From: Chlamydiales bacterium
Lineage (GTDB): Bacteria > Chlamydiota > Chlamydiia > Chlamydiales > SM23-39
Assembly (NCBI GenBank): GCA_965261025.1
Contig: OZ253438.1
Location: 780,001-812,000, forward strand
DNA length: 32,000 bases
Direction: 5' to 3'
Shown: piece after piece, positions 8,589 through 16,400 of the stretch
Position numbering within the stretch: the first letter of the stretch is position 1
Layout: each line of letters begins with the position of its first letter
Notes under the pieces: generated by a model
Told to the model about the DNA's origin: nothing
Seen by the model: the letters and a program-made list of their open reading frames with translations, nothing else
The model's database searches: none
Program-made: the position numbers and the translations under genes

Positions 8589-8990
8589 ATGAAAGAAAGC
8601 TGGATGGAATTTCTTGGATGGCAACCGAAACAGTTGAAGGATTTACAGATGGTTGCTTTCCTTTATCTTAAGCAGGGAAAATACGATGTTGCTAAGACCT
8701 TCTTCGAAGCACTCACTGTTTTAGAGCCAAAGCAGGCTTATAACTGGCAAGCTTTGGGCTCTGTAAAGTTAGAGTTAAAAGAGTTTCAAGACTGCTTGGT
8801 CTGTCTTGATAAGGCTCTGCAACTCGATCCTCACCACTACCCCACTCTTCTTAACAAAGCTCAAGCCTTGTTTTCCTTAGGACATCTCCCTCAAGCCTAC
8901 GAGATTGTAGAATCGTTAAAATCATGTTCTGATGCAAAAGTGGCGCGGCAAGCTGCCCTTCTTTATACCCTTTTAGAAAAAGTAGGTTGA
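8589..8990 (+). CDS. small TPR protein, SycD/LcrH-like (class II type III secretion chaperone-like)
   Basis: 133 aa with three TPR-like units. AFLYLKQGKYDVAKTFFEALTVLEP, NWQALGSVKLELKEFQDCLVCLDKALQLDP and TLLNKAQALFSLGHLPQA match the spacing pattern of LcrH/SycD chaperones. Confidence 0.6.
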   Translation: MKESWMEFLGWQPKQLKDLQMVAFLYLKQGKYDVAKTFFEALTVLEPKQAYNWQALGSVKLELKEFQDCLVCLDKALQLDPHHYPTLLNKAQALFSLGHLPQAYEIVESLKSCSDAKVARQAALLYTLLEKVG

Positions 8991-9145
8991 TCTCTCTTTT
9001 GATGCTAAAAGAGTTAAAAAAAAAGCGCTTTTTTTTCTCCAAAATCTATTGCACAAACCTTCTGTAAAATGCTAACTTTACGCTATGAAAACTTCTTCTT
9101 CAAAGAAGATATGTAAACCATTCAAGGCTTAAAAATACAGGGTAT

Positions 9146-10468
9146 ATGTCCTTAGAAACCGCCATAAAAAGCCCTTGGGAGTTTTTTTTACAGATCCTAA
9201 AAAAAAACTCCAGTTCTACAGAGTTCCAAAATTGGATTTCTCCTATTTCCTTGATAGAAGAAAGTTCTTCCCAGCTTGTTTTAGGGGTTCCTAATGTTTT
9301 CGTAAAAGAATATTTTCTGGAAAACTTCAAGAAAGAGTTAGGAGAGTTTTTTATTTCTACGGGCATCGCAGAAAAAGATATTGCCTTTATCATCCAAGAA
9401 CCCAAAGTCGTTTCTCCTTCTGTTTCGATAAAAAAGCTGTTTTCTCCTACTTCAGGACTACAGAAAAATTATACCTTTGAAACCTTTATAGAAGGCCCTT
9501 CCAATCAGTTCGTAAAATCTGCTGCAGTAGGTGTAGCCCACAGACCAGGGAAAACCTACAACCCCCTTTTTATTCATGGAAGAGTTGGTCTAGGAAAAAC
9601 CCATTTACTGCATGGTATCGGCCATTATGTAGAAAAGCACAATCGAAAACTGAAAGTTCAGTCAATAACTACAGAGGCTTTTATTAATGATTTAGTGGAT
9701 CACTTAAAAAATAAGTCTGTAGATAAGATGAAAAAACACTATCGAAATTTGGATGTTTTACTGGTAGATGATATTCAGTTTTTGCAAAGCAGGCTGAATT
9801 TTGAAGAAGAATTTTGTAATACCTTTGAAAGTTTAATTCATCACAATAAACAAATCGTTATCACCAGTGATAAACCCCCTTCAGAACTCAGACTTTCTGA
9901 ACGACTTACAGCAAGAATGGAATGGGGGCTAGTAGCACACATAGCCCCTCCTGATTTGGAAACAAGGGTAGCCATTATCTATCAAAAAGCAGAGCAAAGA
10001 GGACTGGAACTAAGTGAAGAAATCGCTTTTTTTATCGCAGAGCATATTCATGTAAACGTACGCCAAATAGAGGGAGCTATTAACCGTCTTTATGCCTATT
10101 ACAATCTCATGAAAATCCCCTTAACTGAGGAAAAAGTAGTGGAAATCTTATCTGAACTAATTCAAAAGAGCCCTTATCATAAGGTAAGTATCGAGCAAAT
10201 TTTACAGTCTGTCGCAAAACTCTTTGAAGTAAATATCTCTGAAATGAAAGGAGAAAGTAGACAAAAAGAGATCGCTTTGGCAAGACAAGTTGCTATGTAC
10301 TTGGCAAAAGAGCTTCTTCCTGACTCTTTAAATAAAATAGCCTCTTTCTTTGGAGGAAGAACCCACTCCACCTTAATCCATGCCTGGAAAAAAGTGGGAC
10401 AAAAGCTAGAAAAAGACGACTCTTTAAAGACTCAGATAGCTTTTGTAAGAAAGTCTCTTCACCCTTGA
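9146..10468 (+). CDS. dnaA: chromosomal replication initiator protein DnaA
   Basis: Walker A GRVGLGKTHLLHGIG, Walker B LLVDDIQFL, ITSDKPP, sensor region, and C-terminal DNA-binding helix region GGRTHSTLIHAWKKV. Confidence 0.93.
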   Translation: MSLETAIKSPWEFFLQILKKNSSSTEFQNWISPISLIEESSSQLVLGVPNVFVKEYFLENFKKELGEFFISTGIAEKDIAFIIQEPKVVSPSVSIKKLFSPTSGLQKNYTFETFIEGPSNQFVKSAAVGVAHRPGKTYNPLFIHGRVGLGKTHLLHGIGHYVEKHNRKLKVQSITTEAFINDLVDHLKNKSVDKMKKHYRNLDVLLVDDIQFLQSRLNFEEEFCNTFESLIHHNKQIVITSDKPPSELRLSERLTARMEWGLVAHIAPPDLETRVAIIYQKAEQRGLELSEEIAFFIAEHIHVNVRQIEGAINRLYAYYNLMKIPLTEEKVVEILSELIQKSPYHKVSIEQILQSVAKLFEVNISEMKGESRQKEIALARQVAMYLAKELLPDSLNKIASFFGGRTHSTLIHAWKKVGQKLEKDDSLKTQIAFVRKSLHP

Positions 10469-10485
10469 TCTTACTTTTTACTCTG

Positions 10486-11091
10486 TTAACCTAGCATTTT
10501 TACATCAAGAAGAGAGAGAAAAAAAAGTTTTTTATAAGAATAGGGCTCTAAAAGTTTCTCTATTTTTTCCTCTTTTTCTTCTTCCTTGAATAAAGAGAGG
10601 AGGAGGATCTTCTTTCCTTGCAAAAAAACTCTTTCTTGCCTTTCTGAAAAAGGAATTTTTAGAAAACGTGCTACATTCTTACTGATTCTTTCTATACAGG
10701 GAGAGGAAAAAGCCTTAAAGAAAAGAACTCCTTCCATATTCTCTTCAAAGAGAGAAAGAAGCTGATACACGAAGAAAATAAAAAAAATCTCCTTCAAAAA
10801 AGAACTTCTTTCCAGCTCTTGCTGCAAACAAATAGCAGAGCCCCCATATTCTATCATGTACTTGGAGGAAACCTTGCGTAGCTCCTTCCCACAGTTTTCA
10901 CATCTGTCGTATAAACAAAAAGAAAAGCACTGCCTGCACCGATTTTTTCTGGTAGTAAACTCTAAAAAAGACCAACAGACATGACAAAAAAGCCTCTCTG
11001 AAGGTTCTAACCTTATTTCGCAATGAATACAATACTGAGGATAGAGAAAAGAAAAAAAAGAATCTCTTAGAGAAAAAAACATCTTTTTCAT
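10486..11091 (-). CDS. ComF-family-like protein with an N-terminal double zinc ribbon and a degenerate phosphoribosyltransferase region
   Basis: The Cys pairs CIHC...CHVC...CRQC...CENC match the ComFC/GntX N-terminus. At the position of the PRTase loop (VLLVDDVxTTGxT) the sequence is KKILLLSLFKEEE. Confidence 0.45.
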   Translation of the reverse strand: MKKMFFSLRDSFFSFLYPQYCIHCEIRLEPSERLFCHVCWSFLEFTTRKNRCRQCFSFCLYDRCENCGKELRKVSSKYMIEYGGSAICLQQELERSSFLKEIFFIFFVYQLLSLFEENMEGVLFFKAFSSPCIERISKNVARFLKIPFSERQERVFLQGKKILLLSLFKEEEKEEKIEKLLEPYSYKKLFFLSLLDVKMLG

Positions 11092-11102
11092 TGCACTGAA
11101 TA

Positions 11103-12425
11103 TTATCCAGCTTTAAAAAATGCTTCCAGAGAAACTTCCTCCAGTTTTTTTGCTCTACCTAAAAAAAGCTTTCTAGGACGCAGTGCCTCAAGCAGCTTCT
11201 TTAGCCCCTTCTTTTGTAAAAAAACAAACCCTGCTGACTGCAAAACAGAGACAAATTGGGTAAGACCTTTCGAGAGTTTTTCCTCTTGAATATAGATCAC
11301 TATCTTTTCTTTCTGCTGCCTCACAAAAAGTTGTTCCAATAAAAACGAAGAAATTCCTTTTTCACTACTTAAAGATACCACGGAAAAAGGTTTTTTCCTC
11401 AGCATTTCCGTCAGAGCTCGAAGCTGCGTTTCCTCGAAGATTTTTATACTGGTATCTGTTTGTACCATCTTTTTAGCAAGATCAGAAAGAGCCACTCTCA
11501 CACATCCTACTCTTTCAATAGCGATACTCGCAGCCATATTTGCTAAAGAAGCTGCCTCTGTGATAGTAAGCCGGTTTGCAAGAGCCAAACAAATTACTGC
11601 TAAAACAGTATCCCCTGCTCCTGTTACATCTTTTACTTCCTTAGCCTGGGCCGGGAAATGCACTACCTCAGAAGAGGAAGCAGAAAGCCAAGAGATTCCC
11701 TTTTCAGAGCGGGTTACTAAAAGATGTTTCACTTTTGTCTTTTGTAAAAGAGCTGAACAAATCTGTTCAAAAGAGCTTTCTTCAGAAAGAGGGGAAGCTT
11801 CGATAGCTTCTGTTTGATTTGGTTTGATAAGATAAGCCCCTTGGTATTTAGTAAAGTCCTTCCCTTTCGGGTCTACGACAACAGGAATTTTTCTTTGGGA
11901 GGCCTTCTGGATTAAAGCTTGCAAAAAAGAGGGTGTCAAAAGCCCTTTTTGGTAGTCTGAAATAGCCACTATTTGCACCCTTTCTAGCAGAGGGAATAGC
12001 TTTTGTAAAAGAACAGCTTCCTTTTCTTTCGAATAAGGAGTAGCCTCTTCCCAATCTACTCTTAAAACCTGCTGCGAACTGGCAATGAAGCGATTTTTTA
12101 CAGGGGTTTTATAAAACGTCTCCTCAAAAAGACAAGAAGTATCAATCCCTTCTTGCTGTAAAGCCTGTTTTAAGGCTTTTCCCTGTAAATCTTGACCTAT
12201 TCTGCCAAAAGGAATCACTTTTGCTCCTAAAGAAGCTAAATTTAAAACAACATTCCCTGCTCCTCCAGGAAGATTTTTTTCTTCTTTTACTTTTAAAACA
12301 GATACAGGAGCCTCCGGAGAAACTCTTTTTACTTCTCCTAAGGTATATACATCGAGCATGAAGTCCCCCACCACCAAAACAGTGACAGGCTTTAATCTGG
12401 TAAAAGAGCGAAAAAGCTCTACCAT
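11103..12425 (-). CDS. hldE: HldE/RfaE-like D-glycero-beta-D-manno-heptose-7-phosphate kinase with a degenerate C-terminal nucleotidyltransferase-like domain
   Basis: PfkB/ribokinase hallmarks VLVVGDFMLDVY, SPEAPV, LPGGAGNV and DVTGAGDT in aa 1-315. The C-terminal ~95 aa lack the GxFDxxHxGH signature. The start overlaps the hldD stop (ATGGTAG). Confidence 0.8.
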   Translation of the reverse strand: MVELFRSFTRLKPVTVLVVGDFMLDVYTLGEVKRVSPEAPVSVLKVKEEKNLPGGAGNVVLNLASLGAKVIPFGRIGQDLQGKALKQALQQEGIDTSCLFEETFYKTPVKNRFIASSQQVLRVDWEEATPYSKEKEAVLLQKLFPLLERVQIVAISDYQKGLLTPSFLQALIQKASQRKIPVVVDPKGKDFTKYQGAYLIKPNQTEAIEASPLSEESSFEQICSALLQKTKVKHLLVTRSEKGISWLSASSSEVVHFPAQAKEVKDVTGAGDTVLAVICLALANRLTITEAASLANMAASIAIERVGCVRVALSDLAKKMVQTDTSIKIFEETQLRALTEMLRKKPFSVVSLSSEKGISSFLLEQLFVRQQKEKIVIYIQEEKLSKGLTQFVSVLQSAGFVFLQKKGLKKLLEALRPRKLFLGRAKKLEEVSLEAFFKAG

Positions 12426-13399
12426 CTCTCTTCTCTTATAAGGTAGTTATTCACGTAATCATCTACAGATTCTTCTATTTCTGTAAAAGAAAAAGAAGGG
12501 GCTAAACGGAAAAATTTTCCCATTTCTGCCTTGGTATAGTTTTGATAGCCCTTGACCATCTCTTCTGGCATATCCACATACTCCAGAGAAACCTTTTTAC
12601 CAAGCGCTTTAAAAAGAGCCTTAGCAAGACTATTCCAAGTAACAGCTTTCCCTCTTCCTATATTGAAGATACCAGAGGCTTTCTTCTTTTTCCTTTGCTG
12701 CAAGAGAAAATAGGTCATCTTCACTACATCCTTTACATAAATAAAGTCTCGAACCTGTTCTCCATCTTTATAAAGATGAGGCTCTGTTGATTTAAAAAGC
12801 TGAATGGTTCCTTCCTCCTTTACTTTATGCGCCATTTTGTAAACCATAGAAGCCATCCTTCCCTTATGATTTTCATTGGGACCAAACACATTAAAATACT
12901 TTAGACCCACTACCTGGTCTAACTTTTTCTTCTCATAAAGCCATAGATCAAAAAGATGTTTGGAAAACCCATAAAGATTTAATGGCTCATACTGATACAA
13001 AAGAGATTCTTGATCAGAAAACCCCAACTTTCCATCTCCATAAGTAGCGGCAGAGGAAGCATAAACAAACGGGATCTTTTCTTTTAGAGCCATCTCTACT
13101 AAGCGAATGGAAAAACGGTAATTATTTTCTAAAAGATAATCCCCTTCCCTTTCTAAAGTATCAGAACAGGCACCTAAATGAACGAAAGCCTCTATCTGGT
13201 TTTCTTTCCCTTCTAAAAAAGAAAAGACTTTTTCCTTTGAGATAAGCTCTTTAAATCGTTTTCTTCTCAGGTTTTTCCATTTTTCTGAGTTTTTGAAATC
13301 ATCCACTAAAATAAGGTTATCTATTCCTAAATCATTGAGGTGTCTGACAAAACAAGAACCAATGAATCCACAGGCTCCCGTAATTACTATAAAACGCAT
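12419..13399 (-). CDS. hldD: ADP-L-glycero-D-manno-heptose 6-epimerase
   Basis: The N-terminus MRFIVITGACGFIGSCFVRHLNDLGIDNLILVDD closely follows the RfaD/HldD pattern. Catalytic YGFSK is present. Length is 326 aa. Confidence 0.9.
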   Translation of the reverse strand: MRFIVITGACGFIGSCFVRHLNDLGIDNLILVDDFKNSEKWKNLRRKRFKELISKEKVFSFLEGKENQIEAFVHLGACSDTLEREGDYLLENNYRFSIRLVEMALKEKIPFVYASSAATYGDGKLGFSDQESLLYQYEPLNLYGFSKHLFDLWLYEKKKLDQVVGLKYFNVFGPNENHKGRMASMVYKMAHKVKEEGTIQLFKSTEPHLYKDGEQVRDFIYVKDVVKMTYFLLQQRKKKKASGIFNIGRGKAVTWNSLAKALFKALGKKVSLEYVDMPEEMVKGYQNYTKAEMGKFFRLAPSFSFTEIEESVDDYVNNYLIREERW

Positions 13400-13476
13400 A
13401 GGTATTCTCTTAAAAAAACGACTTAGAAAAGCATAACAAAAGGACTTTTTTAAGTGTAAGATCCTATCTAGGAGTC

Positions 13477-16400
13477 TTACATATCAGAAAAAAAACTTTT
13501 TTTTCGATTTAAACTCCATTTGGGATCTTGCAAATTTCCCCGGATTTTTATAATAAAGTTTTCGGTAAATTTAAAAAGAACATATTGCTTCATCTTTACA
13601 TTGATATGAAGATTACCCTGTAGGTCAATGTAAGCAGGCGTGTCTTTTTCTACTAAGAAAAACTTAGAACGGTTGTTTTCAGAATAGGCCTCATTGAGAG
13701 CCGTCAATAAAAATCTCCCCTCTTTCAGTTGAAGCTCTACATCGCCCCTTACAGGAATTAACAGCTCTAAATCAAGCCCAAAAATTCTTCCTAAAACATC
13801 AGAGGGAATATCCAATAGGGTATGCTCCCTTTTAAAGGAATTGATAAAAAACAACGATCCTTTCGCCGTAAAACTGGACATATCCTCTAAATAGCCTTGC
13901 ACTTGTTCTAACAAGGCTGATCTAATTAAAAAAGGTTGTAGAGCTTGAGGTTCTTTTCCCGGTTTTTTCATCAAAGAAGGGCGGAATTCTTTCACTTGTA
14001 TTTTAGGAATATAAACCTTTCTCCCCTTCGCGGTTTTTTCTATACAAAGAGACTCTAGTTTAAGCATCCCACAGGAATCGCTCATCTTTAAGTCCTTTAA
14101 TTGTAAAACCAAAGGATCCCACTCTATTTTAGACAGTAGCGTTTTAAAACGAAATCCCCCTATCTCAAAATCCCTTGCAGTAACAATTCCTTCAAATCGG
14201 GGAATATTGTCATAGGAGAAAAGACCCTTTAGTTCGTATCCTTCTCCCAGTTGCGCTTTTTCTAAAAAAGAGCGAAAAGGGGAGGGTAAAAGGGGTAAAA
14301 AACGGAAAAAATCAAAATAAAGAGTCCCTAGAAGAGTCCCCTTTTTCTTATCAAAACTCTTTTCAAAAAGAGAAGCCTCTATACCAAAAAAATTTCCCTT
14401 CATTTCCTGAATACGCAAAAATTCCTTTTCTTCCAAGCTCCAAACTATGGTAAGGGGATTTTTTTCTTCTTCCTTTTCCTGAAAAACTACTTCTCCCCGT
14501 AAAAAGGGAAAAAGATCTGCTTTAGCTTGAAAGAAAAAAGAAGTTTTTTCTCGAAAGCACCTACCTTTTAGAAAACAGTTTTGCGGTTCGTAAGTAAAAG
14601 ATAGGTCCTTGAAAGTATAGATTTCTTCTCTAATGGGAATATATAGCTCTTTTAAATCAAAAGAAAAAGAATCCCCTTGGGTAGCTAGCCGAATATCTCC
14701 TGTCCATTCCAAATCTCTTTTCGTTTCATCAATCAACCAGGAGGGAGAGATAAAAGATAAAACCTGACTAGACTGCAGCGCTTTTTCTAAAAAAGAGGAA
14801 ACATTGCCTTTTAAGTGCACTTCTGCCTTTTCAAAAAACCATTGGTCATCAAAATGAAGCGCGCCCACTTTACAAAAAAGAGAAGAAAGATCTACATCCT
14901 CTGAGAAAAGACGTAAACTCAAGCCCTTTAAAAGAGCCCCTGTTGAAGAAGAGTAGTGAAAATAGGTCGGTTTTTCACTGAATAAAGTGAGGTGTTTCCA
15001 CTTAATCTTCTGAGGAGAAAAATCCAGATCAACCTGCCAAGAGAGGGTTTCTTTTTTATGAATAGGTAACAGGTTGTTTTCTGAGGTCTCTTTAGCTGCT
15101 TTCTCCTTTAGTTCCTGATGTTTCAGGGCATTTTGGTATATAAAAAAACACCCCGAAGCTTGAAGATCTCCCTGAATATTTTTAAAATAGGAAGGAAACT
15201 TCTCTGTTTGAATCCACAAAGACTGAAGATTCCCCGAAATTTTTGCTCTATCCTGTAGGGAAAAATCCCCTTCTACCCGAAAGCAAGAAGGCTCTTCTAC
15301 AGAAAAGAAAAAACGATTTACCTCTAAGGGATTTACTTGCCACCTCCCTTGAGCTACTACCCTCCCCAATTTACATGACTCAATACACCAGTCTGCCGCT
15401 TCTTTTTTTGCTAAAAATTGCAAAGGAGCCTCAAAGATCTCTTCTACACCCACTTTCTCTGAGCTAGCTAAAATCCAATTTTTCTCTCCCAGTTCATAAG
15501 TTATTTCTACTTGTCCAAATAGTTTTTTCTCCCAGTAAGAAGAAAGCTCTGGGAAAAAGGAGAGTTTTTCTAAATCTAGGAAAAAAGATCCTTTCGCCAC
15601 TTCTAAAGAAAAATCTTCTTTCAGTAAAAACTGCTCTAGCTTCATTTTTTTTCCGATAAGATGGGATAGGACCGGATCTAAAGAAAGGGTATATCCTTCC
15701 CCTTGTTTCTGTAGAAAAAATTTGGTTCTCGCTAGCTCATAATGTTTTTTTTCTATCCTAGCGTCACAAAAAACCCCTTTTTCTTCTTTCGAAAAAAAAG
15801 GAACGTAAAGCCTCAAAGGATTTTTTTGCCCCACTGTAAAAAGATCTGCCTGAAGATCTCTCACACAAAGCTCTCCCTCCTGCTTTTTCTCTATTTTTGC
15901 AGAAAGATGTTCTAGAAAAACATAAGGAAAAGCCTCTGTATTTCCCTCAAAAATCTCCCCGTGAAAAGACCAAATAGGATCTTCTTTCTTCCGCAAAAAT
16001 CCTTTTACGTAAAGCTCTTCTCCACAAAATTTACCCTCTGTAAAAGCAAAAGGGGCTCTTTTTTTCATAAACTGAGAGCTAAACTCCAAAGACTGTTGTA
16101 AAGAAGCCTTTATCTTGTCTGCAAATAACTCAAAAAGAAGATCTTTTTCCATAAATTGTAAGAAGCCTTTTCCTTCAAAAGAGACTCCTTTACAAAGAGC
16201 TTGTTCTAGAGAAAAAAGAACTTCTTCCCCTCTTTTATGAGCTACCCCACGAAGCTTTTCGAAAAAAAGCTGTTTTTCGGGAATAAAAAGAGAGGCCTCT
16301 TCTAAGGAAACATCTATATTCCACTCTCTTTTTCCCTTTTCCCAGAAAATATGAAAAGGCTTTTTAGCTTGCGGAAGAAAAAAATGAAAGTCCTCTGTCT

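Noticed and set aside
9016-9036. Near-perfect palindrome A9-GCGC-T8 after the TPR gene, considered as a bidirectional terminator.
   Set aside because: The stem would be almost entirely A-U, with the only G/C bases forced into the loop. It is too weak to call as an intrinsic terminator.
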